A DNA stretch of 64,000 bases. Source: Candidatus Woesearchaeota archaeon. GTDB lineage: Archaea; Nanobdellota; Nanobdellia; Woesearchaeales; UBA11576. Positions 39,248 through 49,906 of the stretch are shown here, in pieces (within the stretch, counting starts at the first letter, position 1; each line of letters opens with the position of its first letter). The notes beneath the pieces were generated by a model, which worked only from the letters and a program-made list of their open reading frames with translations, had not been told where the DNA came from and ran no database searches. A program made the position numbers and the translations under genes. The DNA is taken from assembly GCA_018675335.1 (NCBI GenBank), contig JABGYH010000006.1, positions 17,464 through 81,463 on the forward strand, written 5' to 3'.

Positions 39248-39471
39248 CTTATTTACCTCTTTTTTAAATTAAACAAATTTGAATCAATTATTAATAAATT
39301 ATAATATCAATCTAATAAACTAAACTAATTCTAGAGTATTTATTAAGTTTTTGCCTAAATAATCATAAATCAAACTAATTAATCGAAGGATATCAAAACT
39401 AGTGTACAAAATAATATACACCTAAAAAAAACAACCAACATTTATAAATTAAAACATTTCTTTCAAATATT

Positions 39472-40011
39472 ATGATTATAACAATAACCGGAGCACTAGG
39501 ATCTGGAAAATCCACAGTTGCAAAACTCATTGCAAAAAAACTTAATCTCAATCATTATTCTACTGGAGACTTCATGCGAGAAATTGCAACAAAAAGAAAT
39601 CTAACAATTTTAGGTTTAAATCAACAAGCAGAAACTGATAAAACTATTGACAAAGAACTTGATGATAGACAAATAAATTTGGGAAAAACAGAAGATAATT
39701 TCATTATTGATGCGCGCATCGGTTGGTTTTTCATCCCCCATTCAATAAAAATTTTCTTAGATGTTACCGATAACGAAGCTGCTAGAAGAATTTTTGAAGC
39801 AAATCGCAATGAAAAAAAATATAATACCAGCATTAACGAAACATTAGAAAACATAAAAAAAAGAAAAGAATCAGAAGTTAAAAGATTTAAAGAATTTTAT
39901 AATATCGACTATTACACTAAATCAAACTATGATTTGGTAATTGACACAACAAAAATATCCCCAGAACAAGTTGTTGAAAAAATATTAAATTTTATTAAAC
40001 AACAAAAATAA
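39472..40011 (+). CDS. cmk: Cytidylate kinase (archaeal type)
   Basis: ITITGALGSGKSTVAK, GDFMRE, ID..LD, YDLVIDT. Confidence 0.9.
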   Translation: MIITITGALGSGKSTVAKLIAKKLNLNHYSTGDFMREIATKRNLTILGLNQQAETDKTIDKELDDRQINLGKTEDNFIIDARIGWFFIPHSIKIFLDVTDNEAARRIFEANRNEKKYNTSINETLENIKKRKESEVKRFKEFYNIDYYTKSNYDLVIDTTKISPEQVVEKILNFIKQQK

Positions 40012-40069
40012 TTACAACCAACAATAACTATAAGTATGAACAACAATAAATAATTACGAACTGCAATAC

Positions 40070-41011
40070 TCATCTCCTGCGTTTTCTAGACCTTGATTTA
40101 ACTTGACTATCCCTCGATTTAACTTGACCCAATTCTCGTTTAATTATAGTATCAGCTAACTCATCAAGAGATGGACTTGTTTGAGGAATGGGTGCAAAAA
40201 CAGTTTGAACTCCCACGTCTTCTAATTGCGAAAAAATTTCTAAAGGTTTGGGTTTTATCATAGGAGGTTTATGTCTAAAATCAAATAACGTTTGAGGATA
40301 TGCTAAAACAAAATAAACCAGTTTATGTTGAGGAAATAATTCTTGTAATGGACGAAAAACTCTTTCAATTGCAGTCCCAGTAGAATGCTCATTATCCCAC
40401 GCATTAATTCTAAAACGAGCTTTTGCAGATGCCTCCCCAATTAATAAATACTTTTGATTTTCAACATGGAGATATGCAAGCCCATCAAGTTCTGTTGTTT
40501 GAACACTATATGATTCTTGCAAATAAAATTCTGCAGGACTAGAACCATTACTTCTCAAAATAACAAATGATGTTGGACCATTATGTTTTAAAATAAATTG
40601 ACCATTAGACCTACAAACATAACCTCTTCCTCTTCCTTTTTTTAATTCAGAAATTACTCCTTTTTTAATTTCAGCAGATTCAGCACCTAATTGTTGTTGC
40701 ACATTAACAACTTCACCTAATGCATATTGCATCATAATTGATAAAACCCGCTCTCCTAAAAAGCCTTTCAAATTAGATTTAAATTCATCACCGCTAATAC
40801 CATTAAGCTCTTTTTTTCTTTGCCAAAGAATTAAATCTGACCTCCCATATAATAATGCAGAAATAGGTCCCATATGCGCATAACGAGAATAACCCCCATC
40901 TAAATTGGCAATTCTCAAGTCAGGATTTAAAACAACCTGAACTCCATGATAATATTTTCGAGAACGACTATGTCTAAAAACTCCTGGCGTAAACGCATCA
41001 AATGGATCCAT
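40070..41011 (-). CDS. Hypothetical protein with PD-(D/E)XK nuclease-like motifs
   Basis: GFLGER helix, TELDGL, LLIGEAS; the canonical Lys is not in the ExK position. Confidence 0.5.
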   Translation of the reverse strand: MDPFDAFTPGVFRHSRSRKYYHGVQVVLNPDLRIANLDGGYSRYAHMGPISALLYGRSDLILWQRKKELNGISGDEFKSNLKGFLGERVLSIMMQYALGEVVNVQQQLGAESAEIKKGVISELKKGRGRGYVCRSNGQFILKHNGPTSFVILRSNGSSPAEFYLQESYSVQTTELDGLAYLHVENQKYLLIGEASAKARFRINAWDNEHSTGTAIERVFRPLQELFPQHKLVYFVLAYPQTLFDFRHKPPMIKPKPLEIFSQLEDVGVQTVFAPIPQTSPSLDELADTIIKRELGQVKSRDSQVKSRSRKRRR

Positions 41012-41190
41012 AAAAAAATTTAACTCAGAACTTTATTTAAAGGTTATTGACCACTCAATTAAACGAAAATATTTTTATTTCTAAACTGATCATAATTTCT
41101 TTCCAAAACGTTTATAAGATACCATAAATTTAATTACAATAATATTCTTATTACTAAATACTATTTAATTAAGTTTATGAGGGATTCAAT

Positions 41191-41871
41191 ATGAGTGAAA
41201 AAGTGAAAAAAGGAGATTTCGTGGAGATTGAATATACTGGAAGCATCAAAGAAGGTGGTTTAGTTTTTGACAGTACTAGTGAAGAAGAATCAAAGAATGC
41301 TGGAACTTATAATCCTAAAATGATTTATGGCCCAGTTAAAATTTGTATTGGTCAAAAACAAGTAATTCCTGGATTAGATGAAGTTTTAGATGGCGCAGAT
41401 GAAAATCAAGAATCACAAATTACAATTAAAGCAGAAAATGCATTTGGTAAAAAAGACTCTAAACTTCTTAAACTCATGCCCGCGAGTAAATTTAAGTCTC
41501 AACAAATAAATCCTATGCCCGGACTGCAATTGAACATTGATGGCATGATGGCAACTATTAGAAGTGTTAGTGGTGGCAGAGTTGTCGTAGATTTTAATCA
41601 TCCCTTATCAGGGAAGGAAGTATTTTACAAATATAAAATTCTAAAAAAAATTACAGATCCAAAAGAAAAAGTTAAAGGTTACTTAGCTTTAATTTTAAGC
41701 GCTAAAGAGAACCAAATTCAAGTTTCAATTACAGATTCAAAAGCAGAAATAACGCTTACAAAAGAAATTCCACAAGAATTTTTAACTGAACAAAAAAATA
41801 AAATTATTGAATTAATTCCAGAAATTAAAGAAATTGAGTTTAAAATTAATAAAGTAACAGAATCTAAATAA
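41191..41871 (+). CDS. FKBP-type peptidyl-prolyl isomerase (archaeal long SlyD-like)
   Basis: GDFVEIEYTG, VFDST, VIPGLDE, AFG, VDFNHPLSGK. Confidence 0.92.
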   Translation: MSEKVKKGDFVEIEYTGSIKEGGLVFDSTSEEESKNAGTYNPKMIYGPVKICIGQKQVIPGLDEVLDGADENQESQITIKAENAFGKKDSKLLKLMPASKFKSQQINPMPGLQLNIDGMMATIRSVSGGRVVVDFNHPLSGKEVFYKYKILKKITDPKEKVKGYLALILSAKENQIQVSITDSKAEITLTKEIPQEFLTEQKNKIIELIPEIKEIEFKINKVTESK

Positions 41872-42040
41872 AAATAAATTATTTAATTAAAATTTTTTAA
41901 AATAATATTTCATTTATATATTTTTTAAATGCTTTTTTCTAGTATAAAAAGCAATTTAACAAATTTTATAAACTTCAAGAAAATCATTTTTGAATGAAAA
42001 AGAGGCAATGTATATTAACTTCCTAAAGGGGGTGGGGTAA

Positions 42041-43162
42041 GTGGATAGTTTTATTCGTGAAGTAACGCAAAGGAATCCTGAAAATTCTCAAATTAGAAAA
42101 GAATCCTCAATCAAAAATAGTGTTGATGATGAGTTAGAGGAATTTATAAAAAAACAACCTGCACGTATCAAAGTAATTGGATGCGGTGGCGGTGGAAACA
42201 ACACGATTAATCGTATGAGTGAAGTTGGTATTCATGGTGCCGAAACAATTGCGATTAACACAGATGCTCAAGATCTACTTTATACTACAGCAGATAAAAA
42301 ACTTCTTGTAGGAAAAGAAGTTACTGCAGGACTGGGTGCAGGATCTCAACCAAAACTGGGTGAAGAAGCAGCCAAAGAAAATGAATCTGAAATCAAAAAA
42401 TTAGTTTCTGGTTCAGATATGGTTTTTGTAACTTGCGGTCTTGGAGGAGGAACTGGTACAGGTTCAGCTCCCGTTATTGCAGAAATTGCAAAAAAATTAG
42501 GAATCTTAACTGTTGCAATTGTCACAATGCCATTCTCAATGGAAGGGCAACGAAGATATGAAAACGCAGTTATTGGTTTAGAAAAACTTGAAAACATTGT
42601 GGATACATTAATTGTTATTCCTAACGACAAATTAATTGAGTTAGCTCCAGACCTGCCTTTAAAAACAGCATTTAAAGTTGCAGATGAAATTCTGACAAAC
42701 GCAGTTAAAGGAATTGCAGAACTTGTTACACGAACGGGTCTTGTTAACTTAGACTTCGCAGACATTCGAGCAATCATGGGTAATGGAGGAGTTGCATTAA
42801 TTGGTGTTGGAGAATCTGATACTGAAAATAGAGCAGTAGAAGCTGTTCAAAAAGCAATTACTAATCCACTACTAGATGTTGATATTGGTGGCGCTAATGG
42901 TGCTTTGATTAACATCCAAGGCGGACCTGACATGACTCTTGATGAAGCAAGAAAGATTGTTGAAGAAATTTCTGAAAAACTTGATGAAAATGCTAAGATT
43001 ATTTGGGGAGCTCAAATTTATGACGACTTAAAAGATATTGTAAGAGCAATGCTTATTATTACAGGAGTTAAGTCAAATCAAATTTTTGGACCTGGTAGAA
43101 GTATTTCATCTAAAAAGCGTAAAGAAATTGAAAATGAATTAGGAATTGAATTTGTGGATTAA
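42041..43162 (+). CDS. ftsZ: Cell division protein FtsZ
   Basis: [28 protein letters not shown]. Confidence 0.98.
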   Translation: MDSFIREVTQRNPENSQIRKESSIKNSVDDELEEFIKKQPARIKVIGCGGGGNNTINRMSEVGIHGAETIAINTDAQDLLYTTADKKLLVGKEVTAGLGAGSQPKLGEEAAKENESEIKKLVSGSDMVFVTCGLGGGTGTGSAPVIAEIAKKLGILTVAIVTMPFSMEGQRRYENAVIGLEKLENIVDTLIVIPNDKLIELAPDLPLKTAFKVADEILTNAVKGIAELVTRTGLVNLDFADIRAIMGNGGVALIGVGESDTENRAVEAVQKAITNPLLDVDIGGANGALINIQGGPDMTLDEARKIVEEISEKLDENAKIIWGAQIYDDLKDIVRAMLIITGVKSNQIFGPGRSISSKKRKEIENELGIEFVD

Positions 43163-43509
43163 ACCAAAACAAACCACACTCAGAATTCAAACAAAAATCT
43201 AATAATTCATTAATTTTTTTTATTTATTATCTTATTTAATTAATAAATCTAAATTTTAGTTATTAACTCTGAATTTCAAACATTTAAACACCAATTAATC
43301 AAAATTTGCTCTTTTTGATCTTAATTTGATAAAATAGGCTACAAATCCTTTTTTCTGGCCCAAACATTTAAAAACTAGATCAAAATATCTGAAAAAAAGG
43401 TTTAAAAAGGGAAAAAAATAAAAACCCTTATAAAAAAATCAGTTAATCATCATAATATAATAATAAAGATAAATATAATACTTTAAACAATTTATCATTG
43501 AGGTTTACT

Positions 43510-43695
43510 ATGGCAATTAAGGATTGGGGTCCAAAAATCAAAGAATTTTTAAAAGAGAATCGTAGAGTGCTTAAAATCACTAAAAAACCAGGTAAAGAGG
43601 AATTTAAAACCATCGTAAAGGTTTCTGGTCTTGGAATGATTCTTATTGGCCTTATTGGGTTTATCATTGTTATAGTTAAACAATTATTGTTTTAA
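43510..43695 (+). CDS. secE: Protein translocase subunit SecE/Sec61-gamma
   Basis: RVLKITKKPGKEEF + TM; conserved ftsZ-secE-spt5-rpl11 order. Confidence 0.93.
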   Translation: MAIKDWGPKIKEFLKENRRVLKITKKPGKEEFKTIVKVSGLGMILIGLIGFIIVIVKQLLF

Positions 43696-43705
43696 GGGGT
43701 ACAAA

Positions 43706-44176
43706 ATGTCTGATACTGAAATGCAAACACTAATTTTCGCTTTAAGAACTACTGCAAATCGTGAAGATCAAGTAATGGACTTCGTTTCTGCTAACTGCAG
43801 TAAGAAAAAATTAGAAGTTTACTCAATTATAAGACCTCACGGTATGAGAGGATATGTCTTTGTAGAAGCTAGAAGCAAAACTGATGCGGAACAAGCAGCA
43901 CATAACATTCCATATGCTAGAGGAATATTACCAAAAGAAATTAATTATGCTGAAATTGAACACATGCTTGAACAAGTTAAAAGAGATCTAAATATCAAAA
44001 AACATGATATTGTTGAAATTATCTCAGGACCGTTCAAACGTGAAACTGCAAAAATTACAAGAATTGATGAGTCTAAAGAAGAAGTAGTAGTAGAACTTAT
44101 TGAAGCAGCAGTTCCAATTCCAATTACTCTTAAAACTGATGCAATTAAAGTTATCAGAAGAGAGTCAGATGAATAA
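43706..44176 (+). CDS. spt5: Transcription elongation factor Spt5
   Basis: NGN domain (RGYVFVEA) + KOW (DIVEIISGPFK). Confidence 0.95.
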   Translation: MSDTEMQTLIFALRTTANREDQVMDFVSANCSKKKLEVYSIIRPHGMRGYVFVEARSKTDAEQAAHNIPYARGILPKEINYAEIEHMLEQVKRDLNIKKHDIVEIISGPFKRETAKITRIDESKEEVVVELIEAAVPIPITLKTDAIKVIRRESDE

Positions 44177-44206
44177 AATATAGATCATAAATAATGAGGA
44201 TAGAAA

Positions 44207-44923
44207 ATGGCTAAAGAGACTGTAGAAATTTTAATTGAAGGTGGTAAAGCTACAGCTGCTCCTCCACTAGGACCAGCTTTGGGACCTATGGGTGTTAATA
44301 TTGGGCAAGTTGTTGCAGACATTAACAAAAAGACAGCTAGCTTTAAAGGAATGCAAGTTCCAGTAAAAGTTAATATTGATAAAGATACTAAAGAGTACAC
44401 AATCACAATTGGTACTCCTCCAGCGTCCGCACTTGTTAAACAAGAATGTGGAATTAAAAAAGCAGCATCCAATCCTAAAGTTGAGCAAGTTGCAGATCTT
44501 AGAATTGAACAGGTCATTAAAATTGCTAAAATGAAAGAAGATGCACTTCTTGGAAAAGATCTTAAAGAAAAAATGAAAGAAATTCTTGGTACTTGTCGTA
44601 GTATGGGAGTTTATGTTGAAGGAGTTAGAGCTCAAGAAGCAATTGAATTAGTTAATAGTGGAAAATTTGATAAAGAAATCAAAGAAGAAAAAACTGATTT
44701 AAGTGTTGAAGAACAAAAAGAGTACGAAGAAGAACAAAAACAACTTCAAGACGACATTAAAAACAAGCGTGCTGAATATACACTTAAAGCTAAAAATATT
44801 TTAGCAACTATGAAAGGTAAATCTAATAAGGAAATTGAAGCTAAAATGAAAGAATCATTAATTCCTGACCCTATAATTAAGGAAAATTTACCTGACGAAG
44901 ATGCTAAAGCTAAGAAAAAATAA
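44207..44923 (+). CDS. rpl11: 50S ribosomal protein L11 (uL11) with C-terminal extension
   Basis: GGKATAAPPLGPALGP, VPV, GTCRSMGV. Confidence 0.95.
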   Translation: MAKETVEILIEGGKATAAPPLGPALGPMGVNIGQVVADINKKTASFKGMQVPVKVNIDKDTKEYTITIGTPPASALVKQECGIKKAASNPKVEQVADLRIEQVIKIAKMKEDALLGKDLKEKMKEILGTCRSMGVYVEGVRAQEAIELVNSGKFDKEIKEEKTDLSVEEQKEYEEEQKQLQDDIKNKRAEYTLKAKNILATMKGKSNKEIEAKMKESLIPDPIIKENLPDEDAKAKKK

Positions 44924-45185
44924 TTAGCAAATATTTATGCTAATTAAAAATTTTTTAAATTAAAATTTTTTCATTATTTCTTATTTTTTTATTATAATAA
45001 CTTAATTCTAAAAAAAAACTCACTTATCTAAAATTTATTAGTTTACACTAGATTAGATGCTAACATCATCAGTAATACAATTAATCAACTTTGTTAATCA
45101 AACAAATTTGCATCAATACAAATATAATAATTAGAAATAACTTGAAAACAAAATAAATAAACTAAAATAAATATTGCTTGATAGT

Positions 45186-45308
45186 TTAATAATTGTATTC
45201 ATCGCTTTCTTTAAGATCAGTACCACATTCAGCACAGTACGCATCCACATCTGAAACATCAATACCGCAAAAGGGACATTCTTTTGGATCCTCTTTTTGT
45301 GTTGGCAT
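45186..45308 (-). CDS. Small zinc-ribbon protein (40 aa), not in ORF track
   Basis: MPTQKEDPKECPFCGIDVSDVDAYCAECGTDLKESDEYNY; two CxxCG knuckles; SD AGAGGT. Confidence 0.75.
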   Translation of the reverse strand: MPTQKEDPKECPFCGIDVSDVDAYCAECGTDLKESDEYNY

Positions 45309-45529
45309 TTTTAAATTAACCTCTATTTTTCAAATAATATCTGATATTTAATTATTTTTTATTAATAAATCAAATTCAGTTGAATAACCAAAATACTAGA
45401 CTTCTATGTTTTTAAAAGTTTGTATTGTTTTAAAAACAAAACTCAATATTTAATGATACAAAAACATACTAACTTGAAACAACTCATTATCTATAGAATA
45501 TGAGTATTTATGCTTTTATCGCACTAATT

Positions 45530-46300
45530 TTACCTTTTAGGCTTAGCCCCATCTGAACTCATAGACTCAGATTCTAAAGAATCAACATCCACAGATTCAG
45601 TTTTGGCTTTTGCTTTCTCTTTAAGTTCTTTGAATTTTTGCTTACTCTTTTTGAATAGTTCAGATCCGAGTGACTTTCCTTCTTCTTCTAATACTTCTTT
45701 AGCAGTTATAATTTGTTTTCTAACAACTTCGCTCCATTCTTGTAAAACTAAATCAACATTAGAAATTTTACCTCCCCAACCATCTAAAAATACCATATCA
45801 ACTAAACGATATTTACCTGGTTTTTTTGCGTGTACTCCTTCACCCGAATATCCTATTGTTAGAATAACTTGAGGTCGTGCATATTTGGGAATATTCAAAA
45901 GTTTGGTTATTTTATCTTCATCAAAAGCCCCAACCCATGCAGTTGAAAGTCCTTGATCAGTTGCTGCAACAATCATATTTTCTGATGCTGCCGCAATATT
46001 TTGTATTGAATATAATTTTTCTCCACGTATACCATAAAATCTTTCTGATTTTTTAGGTTCCGCACAAATAATAATATGAACTGGTGCTTCTTCCATCCAA
46101 AATTGTTTCATGCAAGCTTCAGCAACCGCTCTTCTTTTTTGTTTATTAGTAACTACAATAAATTTCCAATCTTGCAAATTTCCTGCAGACGGAGCCATAG
46201 AACCTGCCAATAAAATATTACCAACTTTTTCCCATTCAATTGGAGAATTAAGATATTTTCTACAAGTACGTCTCTTTTCTATTGCTTCAAATGTTTCCAT
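45530..46300 (-). CDS. Nitroreductase family protein
   Basis: KRRTCRKY, APSAGNLQDW, GLSTAWVG. Confidence 0.92.
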   Translation of the reverse strand: METFEAIEKRRTCRKYLNSPIEWEKVGNILLAGSMAPSAGNLQDWKFIVVTNKQKRRAVAEACMKQFWMEEAPVHIIICAEPKKSERFYGIRGEKLYSIQNIAAASENMIVAATDQGLSTAWVGAFDEDKITKLLNIPKYARPQVILTIGYSGEGVHAKKPGKYRLVDMVFLDGWGGKISNVDLVLQEWSEVVRKQIITAKEVLEEEGKSLGSELFKKSKQKFKELKEKAKAKTESVDVDSLESESMSSDGAKPKR

Positions 46301-46521
46301 TATATTAAATCAGGATTATTTTGTTTATAAATGTTTTTAAAAAGATTATAGAAAATATTACTCAATTGTAAAAATTGTAAATAAACTAACCCCTCCTCCA
46401 ACATTTACAACTAATTTAATTTACAACTAATTTAAATTGCCAATTTCATCAACTAGATTAATATCAACCAAATTAATATCTAAAAAGATATTTAAATAAC
46501 TCTGATTTATCACTTTTTATT

Positions 46522-48324
46522 ATGGATTATTCAGAGCTTGCAAATCTTTATGAAAAAGTAGAACAAACTAGCAAAAGATTAGAGAAAACTTTTCTAGTCT
46601 CAAAACTATTAAAACACACAAATATTGACGAACTTGCAATGATTCTGTTACTTATTCAAGGGAAAATTTTTCCTCCCTGGGATGAACGAAAATTAGGAAT
46701 ATCAACAAAATTAGTTATCAAATCAATTAACAAAAGCACAGGAATTCCAAGTAACGAAATTGAAAATCAATGGAGAATACTTGGAGATTTAGGAAAGACT
46801 GCCGCAGAATTAGTAGAACACAAAAAACAAGTTACGCTTTTCCAACAAAAAAATACAGTAAAAAAAGTTTTTGATAACTTAAGAAAACTTCCAACTCTTG
46901 AAGGTTCAGGTTCTGTTGATAGAAAAATTGGTTTAATTTCTGAACTTCTTACAAGTGCAAGTCCAAAAGAAGCAACATTCATAGTTAGAAATGTTTTAGA
47001 AGATCTTAGAGTGGGAATTGGTGAAGGAGTACTACGCGATGCAATTACTTGGACTTATTTTGAAAACGAAATTAAAGCAAATTATGATCCAGAAACAAAA
47101 GCAATTACTCCTGATAATCGAGAAGAATATAACAAATATGTGGGCGCAGTCCAAGAAGCATTTGATATTACTAATGATTTTAGTAAGGTTGCAAAGATTG
47201 CAAAAGAACAAGGAATCGAGGGATTAAAAAATATTCAGTTAATACCAAAAAATCCAATTAAAGTAATGTTATATCAAAAAGCTAAAGATATTGAAGATGC
47301 ATTTGAACGTGTTGGAAGACCTGCAGCAATTGAATTTAAGTATGATGGATTCAGAATGCAAATTCATAAATCACTTTCGTCAGATACAACTGAGAGTAAA
47401 ATCACAATTTTTACAAGAAGACTTGAAGATGTAACTCCTCAATTTCCTGAAGTTAAAGAATATGTAAAAGAAAATATTACTGCAGATCAATTTATTATTG
47501 ATTGTGAAGCAGTTGGTTTTAATTCAGATATTTCAACTCAAAATCCAGAAAAAATAGAATATTTACCATTTCAAAAAGTGTCTCAAAGAATTAAAAGAAA
47601 ATATGACATTCAAAAAATGGCAAAAGAGTTTCCAATAGAACTAAACATTTTCGATATCATAAGCTATGACGGAGCTAACTTAACTAAAGAACATTTTACT
47701 AAACGTAGAGAAATTCTTGAAAAAATAACTAACCAAATACCTAAAAAAATTGTTCTTTCAAAAAAGATCATAACTGATAATAATCAAGTTGCTCAAGAGT
47801 TTTATGATAGTGCGCTAAAACAAGGTCAAGAAGGAGTAATGTTCAAAAATTTAGATGGAATATACAAACCAGGTAGTAGAGTTGGTTTTGGAGTTAAAGT
47901 AAAACCAGTAATGGAAAGTCTTGATTTAGTAATTGTGGGTGCCGAGTGGGGAACTGGAAAACGTAGTGGCTGGCTTACAAGTTTTACTCTTGCATGCATT
48001 GATCCTGATACTGGAGACTTTTTAGAAATGGGTAAAGTTGGAACTGGAATTAAAGAATTAAAAGAAGAAGGAATAAGTTTTAATGAAATAACTGAACTTC
48101 TAAAACCTCACATCATTCAAGAGAAAGGAAGAGATGTTAAAATAAAACCAGTTGTGATAATCGAAGTAAATTATGAAGAAATCCAAAAGAGTATTAATTA
48201 TAATTCTGGATTTGCATTGCGATTTCCAAGATTTACAAGACTTCGAGATGAAAGAGGAGCAAATGAAATAAGTTCAATAGAAGACATTGAAGAATTATTT
48301 CACTCTCAGCGAAGTAGAGGATAA
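46522..48324 (+). CDS. lig: ATP-dependent DNA ligase
   Basis: EFKYDGFR (motif I), EGVMFK, LDLVIVG, GKVGTG, ALRFPRF..LRDE. Confidence 0.97.
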   Translation: MDYSELANLYEKVEQTSKRLEKTFLVSKLLKHTNIDELAMILLLIQGKIFPPWDERKLGISTKLVIKSINKSTGIPSNEIENQWRILGDLGKTAAELVEHKKQVTLFQQKNTVKKVFDNLRKLPTLEGSGSVDRKIGLISELLTSASPKEATFIVRNVLEDLRVGIGEGVLRDAITWTYFENEIKANYDPETKAITPDNREEYNKYVGAVQEAFDITNDFSKVAKIAKEQGIEGLKNIQLIPKNPIKVMLYQKAKDIEDAFERVGRPAAIEFKYDGFRMQIHKSLSSDTTESKITIFTRRLEDVTPQFPEVKEYVKENITADQFIIDCEAVGFNSDISTQNPEKIEYLPFQKVSQRIKRKYDIQKMAKEFPIELNIFDIISYDGANLTKEHFTKRREILEKITNQIPKKIVLSKKIITDNNQVAQEFYDSALKQGQEGVMFKNLDGIYKPGSRVGFGVKVKPVMESLDLVIVGAEWGTGKRSGWLTSFTLACIDPDTGDFLEMGKVGTGIKELKEEGISFNEITELLKPHIIQEKGRDVKIKPVVIIEVNYEEIQKSINYNSGFALRFPRFTRLRDERGANEISSIEDIEELFHSQRSRG

Positions 48325-48478
48325 AAAAATATAATTCTTAATAAAATAAACACAATAATTAAAATAATAAAAACAAAAATATAAAAAAAATATGGTAAAA
48401 ACGAATAATAAATATAATAAAAAAAATAATGATATCCTGCTAAAAGATTTTAAACAAACTTAAAAATGAGGTGTTGAG

Positions 48479-49075
48479 ATGATAAATAAAATAAAAGGTG
48501 TATTCGAAGTTGAAAAAAAACTTGATGAAATAACAAAAAAAGTAGAAGAACATACAAATACGGTTGAGTCTCATTCTAAATCAACTACTGATTTGATTAA
48601 TGAAATACAAAAATTAAAATCAGAAATTACAGAATTAAAAGATGAGCATAAAACAACTAATGATGAAATGAAACAGTCCCTAACACAAATAAATGAAACT
48701 AATGAAAATATGAAAAAAGAGTTATATGATCTTAAACTCATCAAGGGACAAATCAAAACAAATTTAGTTCAAGAATTAACTCAAACATTTAGATCAGATT
48801 TACAAGAAAGAACGCAAAAAATTGACGTCGAAATAAAAAATTATCAAGATGCAAAAGAAGAATTACAAAAAGTCTTATCACAAATTAATTCAGTTAACTC
48901 AGATATTACTAAGTTTACAAATATTTCAAAAAAAATTAGTGAAACTGATTTTAATTTAACTAATTACACAAAAGAAATTGTCAAAACTGATCAAGAAAAG
49001 CTTAGATTAATGTCAGAAATTGATAAACTTAAAACTTTATTATCTAAAGAACGCAGAAACAGACCAAGACATTAA
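48479..49075 (+). CDS. Coiled-coil hypothetical protein
   Basis: Heptad-rich helical 198-aa ORF, SD GAGGTG. Confidence 0.75.
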   Translation: MINKIKGVFEVEKKLDEITKKVEEHTNTVESHSKSTTDLINEIQKLKSEITELKDEHKTTNDEMKQSLTQINETNENMKKELYDLKLIKGQIKTNLVQELTQTFRSDLQERTQKIDVEIKNYQDAKEELQKVLSQINSVNSDITKFTNISKKISETDFNLTNYTKEIVKTDQEKLRLMSEIDKLKTLLSKERRNRPRH

Positions 49076-49108
49076 TATATGCATACACATATACAATACT
49101 AAATTTTT

Positions 49109-49906
49109 TTACTTTTTATTTAATCGTATTCTAGTTTTTTTTCTAACCAACTCAACACCCAAAAATCCTTTTTTAAAAAATAGCAGGAAACTAATCACAA
49201 TTAAAATTAATAACACAATAATTCCAAAAATAAACAAATATTCAATAACTCCTAAATTAAAACTAGCTCCAAATTTATTTGAAAGATTATCCGAATCAAA
49301 ATAAACAGATAAATTTTCTGCATCTAAATCAGATTCAACCATCAACAAATTATCAAAAACTTCTTCTGATACTAAAAAACTAGTGTTAATTAAACTGAAA
49401 TTATTACCCTTAACATCCGCATCGCCAACAGTAATGCCCTCAAAAACATTATCACTTGCAATTTGAACTCCCTCACTCACAACAATTTTTACTTTAACTC
49501 CTAAACTTGGAATTAAACCAACCAATTGTTGGGTAGAACTAGGTTTAATAATTAAAACACTTTCATATAATCCAAATTTCAAATCTGTTGGAATTGTGCA
49601 AGTTATCAAAACTTTTTGAGTACTATTTGCTTCAATAATTCCTTTTCGTGGAAAAAAATCATAACAATCAAAACCAGTAACAAGTATTTCATAACTTAAT
49701 TCAAACTCATTAGAATTAATCAAGACTATTTCTCGACCATAAGTTCTATTAATTACACTTTCTTCAAAAAATAATTTATTTGGACTTACGCCAATACTCA
49801 TCGCAAAAACAAAACTACTATTTAATAAAATTAAAACAAAAAAAGCCAACCAAAAAATAAATAAAAAATTAAAAAATTTTAAAATTTTATAACCCAACAA
49901 ATTCAT
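49109..49906 (-). CDS. Exported Ig-like protein with C-terminal TM (paralog-like of 9876-11069)
   Basis: Signal peptide, IGVSP start, IP....GLYES strand, C-terminal TM and basic tail. Confidence 0.65.
   Translation of the reverse strand: MNLLGYKILKFFNFLFIFWLAFFVLILLNSSFVFAMSIGVSPNKLFFEESVINRTYGREIVLINSNEFELSYEILVTGFDCYDFFPRKGIIEANSTQKVLITCTIPTDLKFGLYESVLIIKPSSTQQLVGLIPSLGVKVKIVVSEGVQIASDNVFEGITVGDADVKGNNFSLINTSFLVSEEVFDNLLMVESDLDAENLSVYFDSDNLSNKFGASFNLGVIEYLFIFGIIVLLILIVISFLLFFKKGFLGVELVRKKTRIRLNKK

Noticed and set aside
46403-46434. 16-bp tandem duplication ATTTACAACTAATTTA x2 upstream of lig
   Set aside because: Two AT-rich copies only; most simply a slippage duplication.
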